Positions 19,487 through 30,123 of a stretch of 64,000 nt of DNA are shown here, piece by piece; positions within the stretch are counted from its first letter, which is position 1; every line of letters begins with the position of its first letter. A program made the translations under genes and the position numbers. The DNA lies in the NCBI GenBank assembly GCA_964449895.1, contig CAYVBY010000002.1, forward strand, positions 41,119-105,118, given 5' to 3'. Below the pieces are notes generated by a model. It was not told the DNA's origin. It saw only the letters and a program-made list of their open reading frames with translations, and searched no databases. This DNA is from an uncultured Clostridium sp. GTDB taxonomy: Bacteria > Bacillota > Clostridia > Peptostreptococcales > Peptostreptococcaceae.

Positions 19487-20623
19487 TTAATTAATTTTAA
19501 CTCTTTTTGAGATGTTCAACACAATTCCAATTTCTCCCATAAGCACCGTGAGCGATGTTCCTCCATAGCTTATAAAAGGAAGTGCTACTCCTGTAGCTGG
19601 CATAGAAGATGTGGCAACTGCAATATTAAAAGCAGCTTGTATACCTATTTGTGCTCCTATCCCGATTACTACCATACATGCAAACAAATCCTTTGTTTTT
19701 AATGCTATTTTTACACATCTATATACTAAAATTACAAATAACATTATAACTGTTATACATCCTATAAGACCTAATTCTTCACCTATTATAGCAAAGATAA
19801 AGTCATTTTGTGGCTCTGGTATGTAAAAATATTTTTGTCTACTTTTTCCAAGTCCTAGTCCAAAAAGTCCACCCGAACCAATGGCATATAGACTTTGTAT
19901 AACTTGGTATCCACTTCCAAGAGGATCCTGAAATGGATCTAAAAAAGAAGTGAATCGTTTTAATCTATAAGGCTCTGCTATTACTAAAACTATAAATAAG
20001 CCGATTCCTGTAATAAGCATTCCCATTACAAATTTCATATTCATTCCTGCTACAAACAACATGATAAATACAACTATTATAAGGGTTCCTGCTGTAGACA
20101 TATTTGGTTGTAACATTATTAATATAAAAAATATAGATGGAATTATTAAAATTGGTAAAACACCTTTTGTCAAAGATTTTATATTATCATATTTTTTCTC
20201 AATAACTTTTGCTGTAACTATTATTGTTACAAATTTTGCTATATCTGATGGTTGGAAGGTAGCTCCACCTATTCCAAGCCATCTTTTTGCTCCATTAGCC
20301 TCTATACCTAAAGGTGTTAAAACTAATATCAAGCATATAATTGTAAATATACAAAGTGGTAATGTATTTTTTTTCCAAACATTATAATTAATTTTAGACA
20401 TAAAAATCATTCCACAAAATCCCAATATAGCATATATTACATCTCTTTTTAAAAAGAAATATCCATCATTGTGTTTAAATGAAGCTTGAACATAACTTGC
20501 ACTAAACACCATAAGTATTCCAAATAACACTAAAGCAATCGTAGTGTAAAAAATTATTAAATCAAACTCAGTCTCTATCCCCTTTGTAATTTGTTTTTTA
20601 GATTTCAAATTTTCATTAGGCAT
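19487..20623 (-). CDS. spoVE: SEDS glycosyltransferase SpoVE/FtsW
   Basis: GAKRWL, QPSDIAK, GYQVIQS, PEPQNDFIFAIIGEELG, LPFISYGGTS. Start at 20623 (RBS GGAGG). Confidence 0.9.
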   Translation of the reverse strand: MPNENLKSKKQITKGIETEFDLIIFYTTIALVLFGILMVFSASYVQASFKHNDGYFFLKRDVIYAILGFCGMIFMSKINYNVWKKNTLPLCIFTIICLILVLTPLGIEANGAKRWLGIGGATFQPSDIAKFVTIIVTAKVIEKKYDNIKSLTKGVLPILIIPSIFFILIMLQPNMSTAGTLIIVVFIMLFVAGMNMKFVMGMLITGIGLFIVLVIAEPYRLKRFTSFLDPFQDPLGSGYQVIQSLYAIGSGGLFGLGLGKSRQKYFYIPEPQNDFIFAIIGEELGLIGCITVIMLFVILVYRCVKIALKTKDLFACMVVIGIGAQIGIQAAFNIAVATSSMPATGVALPFISYGGTSLTVLMGEIGIVLNISKRVKIN

Positions 20624-20672
20624 ACGAATGACTAACCTCCTCACAGCTATTAGCTTTGAAGAAGAGATTTAT

Positions 20673-22028
20673 TTATAAATTGTTTACATTATCTTTGAAG
20701 TCACGTCCTCTTACTTCAAAGCTTGTGTACATATCCCAACTTGCACATGCTGGAGAAAGTAAAACAACATCTCCATCTTTTGCAAGTTCATGAGAAACTT
20801 TTACAGCCTCTTTCATGTTTTGTACTCTTTTTATCAAATCAAATCCTTTAGATTTTGCACAAGCTTCTATTTTTGGTGCAGTTTCACCTAATAAAACTAA
20901 AGCTTTTACATTTTCTTTACAAATGTCTAAAAGTTCATCATAAGTACTATCCTTATCATATCCTCCAGCAATTAATATTATTGGATTTTCATAAGATGTA
21001 ACTGCTTTAATAGTTGAATCTGGATTAGTACCCTTTGAGTCATTTACATACATAACTCCATCAAGAGTTCTTACATATTCTAATCTATGTTCTACTGCTT
21101 TAAAAGTTTTTAGAACTTCTTTTATAACATCTAAATCTACACCTAAAACATAAGCTCCTAAAATAGCTGCCATACAGTTTTCTAGGTTATGTCCTCCAGG
21201 TAAACTTAATTCTTTTTTGTTTATAAGTTCTATTTCTTTGTCTATATTTATTACTATATTTCCTTCATCATTTACATATACTCCTTTTATATTTTTCTCT
21301 TTTCTAGAAAAATATAAAACTTGAGAATTACATTTATCGTTTAATTTTCTAACTGCTTCATCATCATAATTTAGTATTGTAAAATCAGTATTTGTTTGAT
21401 TTTTAAATATGTTAGCTTTTGCCATCATATAATTTTCCATAGTATGATGTCTATTTAAATGATCTGGTGAAAGATTAAGTATCATACTCACTTTAGGTTG
21501 AAAATCTACTATACTTTCAAGTTGAAAACTGCTAAGTTCTGTAACTAATACAGATTTTTCGTTAGCTATTCCAACAGTTTCTATAACTGGTTTTCCTATA
21601 TTACCAACTACATAAGTATCTTCTTTAGCAGCTTTAAAAATTTCTCCAACTAAAGATGTAGTTGTTGTTTTTCCATTTGTACCTGTTATACCTATAAATG
21701 TAGGATTATCTAGTAATCTATATGCTAATTCTATCTCTCCAATTACTTCTATATTGCTAGAATATAATTTTTTTATGAAAGGTAAATCAAGAGGTACTCC
21801 TGGAGATACTACTGCTAAATCTATATGCTCAACTTCCTCTGGATGATATCCAAGTATATAAGTTGCATTTTTTATATCTTTTAATTCTTCTAATATATCT
21901 GCTAATTTTTCTTTTGTTTTTATATCGTTAACTATTATATTAGCTTCTAATTTATCTAATAATTTGATAGTTGATATTCCAGTTTTTGCTAAACCTATAA
22001 GTAAAATATTCTTTCCCTTTAAATCCAT
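20673..22028 (-). CDS. murD: UDP-MurNAc-L-Ala:D-Glu ligase
   Basis: SPGVP, GITGTNGKTTTT, ELSSFQL, NDSKGTN, SPACASWD. Confidence 0.96.
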   Translation of the reverse strand: MDLKGKNILLIGLAKTGISTIKLLDKLEANIIVNDIKTKEKLADILEELKDIKNATYILGYHPEEVEHIDLAVVSPGVPLDLPFIKKLYSSNIEVIGEIELAYRLLDNPTFIGITGTNGKTTTTSLVGEIFKAAKEDTYVVGNIGKPVIETVGIANEKSVLVTELSSFQLESIVDFQPKVSMILNLSPDHLNRHHTMENYMMAKANIFKNQTNTDFTILNYDDEAVRKLNDKCNSQVLYFSRKEKNIKGVYVNDEGNIVINIDKEIELINKKELSLPGGHNLENCMAAILGAYVLGVDLDVIKEVLKTFKAVEHRLEYVRTLDGVMYVNDSKGTNPDSTIKAVTSYENPIILIAGGYDKDSTYDELLDICKENVKALVLLGETAPKIEACAKSKGFDLIKRVQNMKEAVKVSHELAKDGDVVLLSPACASWDMYTSFEVRGRDFKDNVNNL

Positions 22029-22047
22029 TTTTATTTACCCCCATCAC

Positions 22048-23013
22048 TTAAAATACTGCTAAAACACCTATCCAACATAAAACTACAGTTGTAATCCAAA
22101 ATATAAATACAACTCTTGTTTCTGGCCATCCACATTGTTCAAAATGGTGATGTAATGGTGCCATTTTAAATATTCTTTTTCCATGAGTTAATTTAAAGTA
22201 ACTTACTTGTATCATAACAGATAAAGCTTCTGCTAAATATATAAATCCTACTATTATTATAAGTAAAGGTGTATTAGTAAGAGTAGCAAATGCAACTACT
22301 GCTCCTCCTAAAGCCATAGACCCTGTATCACCCATAAATACTTTTGCAGGATATGAGTTGAATACTAAAAATCCTAAGCAAGCTCCAACTGTAGCTGCTG
22401 CAAGTACTGCAACATCAGAATTAGCCATTGATACTGCAAGTATCATAAAAAAGCTTGATACTATTAAAGTAACTCCTGATGCTAAACCATCAAGTCCATC
22501 TGTTAAGTTTACTGCATTTACAGTTCCTATTATAAATATCATCATAAATGGTATATAAAGTATTCCTAAGTTTATTACATAATCTGTAAATGGCACAACA
22601 AGTTGTGTAGCACTTGGTGATGCACTGTATTGATAATAAGCAATATATAAAGCAAGTGCAAATTGTAATATAATCTTTTGGTAAGCTTTAAGACCTAAAG
22701 ATCTTTTCATTTTGATTTTTATAAAATCGTCTAAAAATCCTACAAATCCAAATCCAACAATACAAATTAATCCTGCTACTAAATCTGAGCTTATTTTTGC
22801 TCTAGTAAGACCTGTAATTAATATTGCTATTATCATCATAACCCCACCCATTGTAGGTGTACCATTTTTAGCTAAATGTGATTGGGGACCTTCCTCTCTA
22901 ACTGTTTGACCAAATTTAAATCTAGCAAGCATTGGTATGAATATTGGTCCAAGTATCATAACTATTAAAAAACCAAACATTGCTGTATACGTAAGTTCTG
23001 TAATTCCTAACAT
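22048..23013 (-). CDS. mraY: Phospho-MurNAc-pentapeptide transferase
   Basis: KNGTPTMGG, NAVNLTDGLDGL, FMGDTGS, APLHHHFE. Confidence 0.97.
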   Translation of the reverse strand: MLGITELTYTAMFGFLIVMILGPIFIPMLARFKFGQTVREEGPQSHLAKNGTPTMGGVMMIIAILITGLTRAKISSDLVAGLICIVGFGFVGFLDDFIKIKMKRSLGLKAYQKIILQFALALYIAYYQYSASPSATQLVVPFTDYVINLGILYIPFMMIFIIGTVNAVNLTDGLDGLASGVTLIVSSFFMILAVSMANSDVAVLAAATVGACLGFLVFNSYPAKVFMGDTGSMALGGAVVAFATLTNTPLLIIIVGFIYLAEALSVMIQVSYFKLTHGKRIFKMAPLHHHFEQCGWPETRVVFIFWITTVVLCWIGVLAVF

Positions 23014-23302
23014 TATAAAAAACTCCTCTCCCTCTGTTGTAATTAAATCTTTTAACTAAATATTTTTCTTTTGAAATTATTAACTTCTTTTACTGTAAAT
23101 ATTCCTAACTTATACATTTTAAAACTAAAGTTTTCTTATGTAATAATTTTATAAAGTTCTCATCTTTAATTTTATATTGCTTATATCTCCAATCTTAATA
23201 ATTATATACCAAATTCATTTTTTTTTGAAGATATTTATATTATAAGTTATAAAATTAGAGGAGTTTTCAAATAATTTCCTTAAATAAGTTCAGCTGCTTT
23301 AT

Positions 23303-25282
23303 TTAATGTTTAAAATATAAAGATATACTAGAACCTTCATTTACTTCAATTCCAGGCTTTGGAAACATATCTACTACTAGAGATTTTGAGTCTATTTCTA
23401 TATCAGTATCCAAATTTGAAGTTAAATTATTTTCTTCTAATACTTTTGTAGCTTCTTTTATTGTCAAGTTTCTAACATCAGGAACCTTAACTTTTTTCTT
23501 TTCATTTTCTTTTTCTTCTTCTGTATAAGATTTTTTAACTCCTAAATATTCTAAACTTTGACTCATAACTTCTTTTATAATAGGTCCTGCTGTAGTTGAG
23601 CCAAAAGCTACTACATCTGTAGGTTCATCTACTATTGCAAGTACCACTATTTGTGGATCATCACAAGGAGCTACTCCAATAAAAGAACATATATATTTTC
23701 CTTGAGCATATTTTCCATCTATAACCTTTTGGGCTGTTCCTGTTTTTCCTCCCAATCTATATCCTGGTAAATATGCAATTTTTCCTCCACCTTCTGTTAC
23801 AACTGATTCCATAACTTCCCTCATTTTGGCTGATGTTTCTTTAGAAATTACTTGTCTTACTGTCTTAGTCTTTAATTCTTCGGTTATATTGCCTTCATTA
23901 TCTGTATAAGCTTTTACAATTCTCGGTTGCATAAGCTTTCCATCATTTACTATAGCAGATACTGCTGTAATTAACTGAATAGGTGTTACAGATATTGATT
24001 GACCAAATGAAATAGTTGCAAGTTCTACCGGACCTACATCCTTTTCTTTGTATAAAATACTGTTTGCCTCTCCCACCAAATCTATATTTGTTTTACTTGT
24101 TAATCCAAATCCGTCTATATAATCATATAACCTTTTGACGCCTAATCTTTTTCCTAGTTCAACAAATACTGGATTACATGAATTTTGAACACCTTGTTCA
24201 AATGTTTCACTACCATGTGGTCTATATGACCTCCAGCATTTTATTCTTTTACCTTCTACTGTAACACTTCCTGTACATGTAAAATGTTCACCTTTTTTTA
24301 TTACATTTTCTTCTACAGATGCAGCTGAAGTAATTAATTTAAAGGTAGAACCTGGTTCGTATGTATCACTTATAAGTGTATTTCTCCACATTTCATAATA
24401 TGCATTTATTTTTTTATCTTCTTCATACTCTTCTAATAACTCTTGAAAATAAGGGTATATTGCTTCAGTTGGCGTGTTTGGATTATAATCCGGCTTTGAA
24501 GTCATGGCAAGTATATCTCCTGTTTTTGGATCCATAGCTATAATTTTTACTCTCTTAGCATTATTTAATTCATAGGCCTTTTGAGCCGCTTTTTCTGCAT
24601 AACTTTGAATTACTTCATCTATTGTAAGAACTATTCCATTTCCCTGTGTTGCTTCATAATACTGTTCTATTCCTTGGTTTATTTCTCTTCCAGATGCATC
24701 AGTTCCTATAATTAATTTTCCTTCTTTCCCCTGAAGATATTTATCATATTTTAATTCTATGGCTGTTACACCTGTTCCATCAGATGATGTATGGCCTAAT
24801 ACATAGGATGCAAAATTACCATAAGGATAATATCTCTTAGGATCTTCAGCTATCCATATACCTGATATTGATAAATTTTGAATTTTATCTGCTATATCAT
24901 CATCTATCCATCGCTCAATTCTAACTAAGGCTGTATCTGTTTTAGAAACTAATTTTAAAATTTCTTCATAATCTTTATCTTCTATTATTTCTGATAATTT
25001 TTTAGCTGCTTCTTTTTTATCTTTTACTTCAACTGGCTTACACCAAATAGTATATTTAGTTGCACTAACCGCTAGTGGTTTCATATTTTTATCGTAAATT
25101 GTTCCCCTTTTTGCCTGTATGGGAATTTCTCTTGTTTGCTGCTCAGATGCCTTCGTACTTAACCACCCTCCTTTTACAAGCTGTAAATAACAGGTTCTTA
25201 TTATCAATCCTAAAAATAAGATGCATGCACAAATAAGAACTAATACTAATCTTTTTTTACTTTTAATTCTTATTTTTTTCAT
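23303..25282 (-). CDS. spoVD: Class B PBP SpoVD (dimerisation, transpeptidase, PASTA)
   Basis: RGTIYD, EPGSTFK (SxxK), SCN, KTGT, C-terminal PASTA (VPDVRNLT). Confidence 0.9.
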   Translation of the reverse strand: MKKIRIKSKKRLVLVLICACILFLGLIIRTCYLQLVKGGWLSTKASEQQTREIPIQAKRGTIYDKNMKPLAVSATKYTIWCKPVEVKDKKEAAKKLSEIIEDKDYEEILKLVSKTDTALVRIERWIDDDIADKIQNLSISGIWIAEDPKRYYPYGNFASYVLGHTSSDGTGVTAIELKYDKYLQGKEGKLIIGTDASGREINQGIEQYYEATQGNGIVLTIDEVIQSYAEKAAQKAYELNNAKRVKIIAMDPKTGDILAMTSKPDYNPNTPTEAIYPYFQELLEEYEEDKKINAYYEMWRNTLISDTYEPGSTFKLITSAASVEENVIKKGEHFTCTGSVTVEGKRIKCWRSYRPHGSETFEQGVQNSCNPVFVELGKRLGVKRLYDYIDGFGLTSKTNIDLVGEANSILYKEKDVGPVELATISFGQSISVTPIQLITAVSAIVNDGKLMQPRIVKAYTDNEGNITEELKTKTVRQVISKETSAKMREVMESVVTEGGGKIAYLPGYRLGGKTGTAQKVIDGKYAQGKYICSFIGVAPCDDPQIVVLAIVDEPTDVVAFGSTTAGPIIKEVMSQSLEYLGVKKSYTEEEKENEKKKVKVPDVRNLTIKEATKVLEENNLTSNLDTDIEIDSKSLVVDMFPKPGIEVNEGSSISLYFKH

Positions 25283-25305
25283 AATTATTCTCCTTATATT
25301 TAACT

Positions 25306-25626
25306 CTATCTAGAGATATATCTCTTTTGATATTCTGTAGGGTAAATCATATTTAATTTTGAACTTGCCTCTTCTTCTAACTTATTTAAGTCATTTTTTT
25401 GTAAATTTTTCACCTCCAATCCTTCCAACTTAATTTTTCTCTTTTTCAAGTCTTTTTCTAAGTAATATATATCGTATTTTAATTCAGTAGATACTTGATA
25501 TATACATAAATTTCCTACACCTATAGCTGCAATAAAAATAAATAAAACTATGGTTTTAATTATTCTCCCTTTATTACTATTCCTTTTCTTCTTTTTATAT
25601 TCTTTAAAACTCTTTACATTGTTCAT
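25306..25626 (-). CDS. ftsL: FtsL-like bitopic protein
   Basis: 106 aa, one TM, coiled coil, EEEASSKLNMIYP; immediately before spoVD. Confidence 0.7.
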   Translation of the reverse strand: MNNVKSFKEYKKKKRNSNKGRIIKTIVLFIFIAAIGVGNLCIYQVSTELKYDIYYLEKDLKKRKIKLEGLEVKNLQKNDLNKLEEEASSKLNMIYPTEYQKRYISR

Positions 25627-25783
25627 AATATCACCGCCTATTTTTTAGCTACCCTTTATAAAGAATTATTTATTTTTTATATTTCTTCCTTTAAAAAAAT
25701 ATCTAAAAAAATATACATTCTTCTACAAATCATTTTAAATTTTTATCTCAAAAATCATTATTTTTTTATTTGTGCAAAAAATA

Positions 25784-25835
25784 AAGCTTGCTTATGACAC
25801 AGTTTTGTTTTAACTGTTATCATAAAACAAGCTTG
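25784..25835 (-). terminator. Terminator after the ABC exporter operon
   Basis: aagcttg...ttatga-acag / ctgt-tcataa...caagctt imperfect hairpin. Confidence 0.55.
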
Positions 25836-25841
25836 TAATTT

Positions 25842-27779
25842 TTATTCTAATTCAAAAGCACCAGTATATAATTGATAGTATTTACCTTGTTTTTCAATAA
25901 GTTCGTCATGACTTCCACGCTCAATTATTCTTCCTTGGTCTAATACCATAATAACATCAGAGTTTTTTATAGTAGATAACCTGTGTGCTATTACAAATAC
26001 TGTTCTTCCTTGCATAAGTTTATCCATACCATCTTGAACTATTTTTTCTGTTCTAGTATCTATACTTGATGTTGCCTCATCTAATATTAATACTGGTGGA
26101 TCTGATATTGCAGTTCTTGCAATTGATAAAAGCTGTCTTTGACCTTGAGATAAGTTACTTCCGTCTCCTGTAAGAACTGTATTATATCCATCTTTTAAAT
26201 GCGAAATAAATCCATGTGCATTTGCAAGTTTTGCAGCTTCTATTACTTCTTCATCTGTCGCATCTAATTTACCATATCTTATATTTTCCATAACTGTTCC
26301 AGTAAATAAGTGAGTATCTTGAAGTACTATACCTAAAGATCTTCTAAGATCATCTTTTTTAATTTTATTTATATTGATTCCATCATATCTAATTTTTCCA
26401 TCTTGGATATCATAAAATCTATTTATTAAGTTTGTTATAGTAGTTTTACCAGCTCCTGTAGCACCTACAAATGCAACCTTTTGACCTGGTTTTGCATAAA
26501 GTTTTATATCATGTAGAACTATCTTTTCCTCATCATATCCAAAGTCTACTCCATCAAATACAACATCTCCTCTAAGCTTAGTATATGTTACTGTATTATC
26601 AGCCTTATGTGGATGTTTCCAAGCCCAAGTTCCTGTTCTTTTTTCAACTTCTTTAAGTTCTCCATCTTCTTCTACTGCATTTACTAAAGTTACATATCCA
26701 TCGTCTACTTCTGGATTTTCATCTATTAATTTAAATATTCTCTCTGCACCAGCAAGTGCCATAATTACAGAGTTAAACTGTTGAGAAACTTGAACTATCG
26801 GCATATTAAAGCTTCTAGTTAATTGTAAAAATGAAGCTAATGCTCCTATAGTTAAATTCCCTATTCCATTAATAGCTAAAATAGCTCCTATTGCTACTAC
26901 TAAAACATAATTTATATTTCCTATATTAGCCATTATAGGCATCATCATATTAGCTAGTCCATTAGCCTTATTTGCACTTTCAAATAATTTATCGTTTAAT
27001 TCTTCAAATTTTAATTTTGATTCTTCTTCATGACAAAATACTTTAACTACCTTTTGCCCTTCCATCATTTCTTCAATATATCCATTTATTTCACCAAGGT
27101 TTTTTTGTTGATTTATAAAATAAAATCCACTCTTTGAACCTATAACCTTCATAACTTTATACATTATAGCTACCATAATTACAATTAAAAAAGTAAGTAT
27201 TGGACTTAATACTATCATAGATATAAATGTAGCAGTTATAGTTATTACAGATGATATAAGGTTAGGTATACTTTGACTTATCATCTGTCTTAATGTATCT
27301 GTATCATTTGTATAAATACTCATAATATCTCCATGAGTATTTGTATCAAAGTATTTGATAGGAAGTTTTTCCATATGTTCAAATAAATCATCACGAATCT
27401 TCTTAAGTGTACCTTGAGATATATTTATCATAATTCTACTGTATAAATATGATAATATAGCTCCTGTATAAAAAATTACAGCCATTATACAAATAACCTT
27501 AAAAAGTGGTACAAAATCAGGATTTTTACTTCCAACTAGAGGTACTATATAGTCATCTATTAGACTCTTTAAAAATAAATTTCCTACAACAGAAACAATT
27601 GAACTTATAAGTAATGCAATTAAAACTATAAAAAAGGCTAATTTATATTGTTTAAATATATAACTCATTATTCTCTTTAAAGTTTTAATAGGATTTCCAC
27701 CTTTTGGTGGTTTTAGCATTACACCTTTTGGAGCCTTCATAGGTTTCTTATTTGCAAAATTTTTATTTGTCATCTTCAT
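25842..27779 (-). CDS. ABC exporter subunit (TMD-NBD), consensus NBD
   Basis: GATGAGKTT, LSQGQRQ, LILDEAT, IAHRLS. Confidence 0.93.
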   Translation of the reverse strand: MKMTNKNFANKKPMKAPKGVMLKPPKGGNPIKTLKRIMSYIFKQYKLAFFIVLIALLISSIVSVVGNLFLKSLIDDYIVPLVGSKNPDFVPLFKVICIMAVIFYTGAILSYLYSRIMINISQGTLKKIRDDLFEHMEKLPIKYFDTNTHGDIMSIYTNDTDTLRQMISQSIPNLISSVITITATFISMIVLSPILTFLIVIMVAIMYKVMKVIGSKSGFYFINQQKNLGEINGYIEEMMEGQKVVKVFCHEEESKLKFEELNDKLFESANKANGLANMMMPIMANIGNINYVLVVAIGAILAINGIGNLTIGALASFLQLTRSFNMPIVQVSQQFNSVIMALAGAERIFKLIDENPEVDDGYVTLVNAVEEDGELKEVEKRTGTWAWKHPHKADNTVTYTKLRGDVVFDGVDFGYDEEKIVLHDIKLYAKPGQKVAFVGATGAGKTTITNLINRFYDIQDGKIRYDGININKIKKDDLRRSLGIVLQDTHLFTGTVMENIRYGKLDATDEEVIEAAKLANAHGFISHLKDGYNTVLTGDGSNLSQGQRQLLSIARTAISDPPVLILDEATSSIDTRTEKIVQDGMDKLMQGRTVFVIAHRLSTIKNSDVIMVLDQGRIIERGSHDELIEKQGKYYQLYTGAFELE

Positions 27780-29499
27780 CAGCTCCTTTCATTTGTGATT
27801 CATAAACTTCTCTATAAATGCTATTATTTACTTTTAGTTCATCATGTGTTCCTATAGCATTTATTTTTCCATCATCTAAAACTATAATTTTATCACTATT
27901 TTCTATTGATGATATACGCTGAGCTATTATTATCTTAGTTGTTGAAGATATATCATTTTTTAAAGTATTTCTAATTATAGCATCAGTTTTTGTATCTACT
28001 GCACTTGTAGAATCATCTAAAATTAATATCTTTGGTTTTTTAAGTAGAGCTCTTGCTATACATAATCTTTGCTTTTGTCCTCCAGATACATTGTTTCCAC
28101 CTTGTTCTATATAAGTATCGTATCCATTTGGAAAAGTTTCAATAAATTCATGAGCACAAGCTTTTTTGCAAGCATCTATTATTTCTTCATCTGAAGCATA
28201 TTTATTACCCCATCTTAAATTTTCTTTTATAGTACCTGAAAATAATACATTTTTTTGTAAAACCATAGAAACTTCATTTCGAAGACTTTCAGTATCATAG
28301 TCTTTTACATCTACTCCTCCAACTTTTATACATCCACCTGTAACATCATAAAGTCTTGGAATTAATTGAACTAAAGTAGATTTTGCACTTCCTGTTCCTC
28401 CTAGGATACCTACAGTTTCTCCTGATTTTATTTCTAAATTTATATTTTCTAAGTTTAGTTTCTCTTTATCTTCCATATAAGAAAAATCTACATTCTCAAA
28501 TATTATTGATCCATCCTTTACTTCTTTTATAGGATTTTTACAATTTTTTATAGTACTTTCTTCTTCTAAAACTTCAATTATTCTTTCTCCAGAAGATTTT
28601 GACATTGTTAGCATAACAAATATCATAGACATCATCATTAAACTCATAAGTATTTGTGTAGCATAAGTAAATAAACTCATAAGTTGACCTGTAGTCATAG
28701 TATCTGAAACTATCATCTTAGCCCCTAACCAAGATATAAGAAGTATACATGTGTACATACTAAATTGCATTACAGGACTGTTTAATACTATTATTTTTTC
28801 TGCATCTATAAATTTGTTTTTTACATTGTCTGAAGCTTTTTTAAATTTATTTATTTCAAATTCTTCCCTTACAGCAGATTTTACAGTTCTAATTCCTATT
28901 AAATTTTCTTGAACACTCGCATTTAAAGCATCGTACTGTTTAAAAACACTCCTAAATCTAGGGTGTACTATTTTAATTATAAATGAAAGAACTGTTCCTA
29001 AAAAAATCATGGCAATAAAAAATACAAAAGATATCTGTTTATTTATTGAAATTGCCATTATAAGTGAAAATATAAGCATTAATGGTGCTCTTACACATGT
29101 TCTTATAATCATTTGATATGAATTTTGTATATTAGTTATATCAGTTGTAAGTCTTGTTATAAGACCTGCTGTTGAATATTTGTCTATATTTTCAAATGAA
29201 AACTCTTGAATATTTTTAAATATAGCACTTCTTAAGTTTCTTGCAAATCCAGCAGATGCATATGCTGCAAGTCTTGCTGCTAATGCACCACAAGCTAACG
29301 ATATAAAAGATACGACTAACATAAGTGTTCCTATTTTTATAATGTAGTTCATATCTCTATTATTTATACCATTATCAATTACTGCTGCCATTAGTAATGG
29401 TATAATAACATCACAAACAATTTCAATCAATATAAATAATGGCGCCATTATCGATGCTTTTTTAAATTCTCCAATATAGGATGATAACTTTTTTATCAT
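27763..29499 (-). CDS. ABC exporter subunit (TMD-NBD), degenerate NBD
   Basis: GGTGSAKST, VSGGQKQ, LILDDST (E to D), IAQR (H to Q); overlaps the partner gene. Confidence 0.93.
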   Translation of the reverse strand: MIKKLSSYIGEFKKASIMAPLFILIEIVCDVIIPLLMAAVIDNGINNRDMNYIIKIGTLMLVVSFISLACGALAARLAAYASAGFARNLRSAIFKNIQEFSFENIDKYSTAGLITRLTTDITNIQNSYQMIIRTCVRAPLMLIFSLIMAISINKQISFVFFIAMIFLGTVLSFIIKIVHPRFRSVFKQYDALNASVQENLIGIRTVKSAVREEFEINKFKKASDNVKNKFIDAEKIIVLNSPVMQFSMYTCILLISWLGAKMIVSDTMTTGQLMSLFTYATQILMSLMMMSMIFVMLTMSKSSGERIIEVLEEESTIKNCKNPIKEVKDGSIIFENVDFSYMEDKEKLNLENINLEIKSGETVGILGGTGSAKSTLVQLIPRLYDVTGGCIKVGGVDVKDYDTESLRNEVSMVLQKNVLFSGTIKENLRWGNKYASDEEIIDACKKACAHEFIETFPNGYDTYIEQGGNNVSGGQKQRLCIARALLKKPKILILDDSTSAVDTKTDAIIRNTLKNDISSTTKIIIAQRISSIENSDKIIVLDDGKINAIGTHDELKVNNSIYREVYESQMKGADEDDK

Positions 29500-29527
29500 T
29501 TCTTTCCTCCTTAATATTTAATAAATG

Positions 29528-29953
29528 TTAATTAAAATTATTTAAAATTTTAGTTAACAATATAGTAAGTTCTTCTTTTTCTTTATTAGAAAAACCTTCA
29601 AACATATTTAATTCCAAATTTTCCATATTTTTGCTTCCTTCTTCTATTAAACTTTGACTTTTTTCTGTAAGTTTTATAAATTTTGATCTTTTGTCATTTT
29701 CATTTATTTGTCTGTATATTAAATTTTTTTCTTCTAATCTCTTTAAAATACCTGTTACTGTAGGATTTTTTAATCTTAATTCAGCCTCTAAATCCCTCTG
29801 CGTAATAAGTAAATCCTTATTTTTATTTAAATATAAAATCACACTTAATTGTGAATGAGTTAAATTATATTTTTGTAGATATTTATTACAATGAGACTCA
29901 AAAGCTATATGTATTTTTTTAAACAAACAACCAAACATTAATTGTTGTTCCAT
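29528..29953 (-). CDS. MarR family transcriptional regulator
   Basis: 141 aa, LTHSQLSVI, PTVTGILKRLEEKNLI, DKRSKFIKLT. Confidence 0.92.
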   Translation of the reverse strand: MEQQLMFGCLFKKIHIAFESHCNKYLQKYNLTHSQLSVILYLNKNKDLLITQRDLEAELRLKNPTVTGILKRLEEKNLIYRQINENDKRSKFIKLTEKSQSLIEEGSKNMENLELNMFEGFSNKEKEELTILLTKILNNFN

Positions 29954-29969
29954 ATGTAATTTCCTCCTT

Positions 29970-30019
29970 AATTATATAGCTCGCTATATAATTTTATTAA
30001 TTTTTTTTATACTTGTCAA
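29970..30019 (-). promoter_or_regulatory. SigA promoter with overlapping MarR-type operator
   Basis: TTGACA (30014-30019)-17-TAAAAT (29991-29996); perfect 11-2-11 palindrome aattatatagc-tc-gctatataatt at 29970-29993. Confidence 0.75.
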
Positions 30020-30123
30020 TATAACTCTTATTTTAAAAAGATTATCATTTTCAATTATATAATAAAATAGAGAATTTAGAATTAACTAAATTCTCCATTT
30101 TTTATATTATAAAAAAATTATAT

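Noticed and set aside
23014-23302. murF pseudogene remnant
   Set aside because: No reading-frame fragments with Mur-ligase similarity could be found by eye
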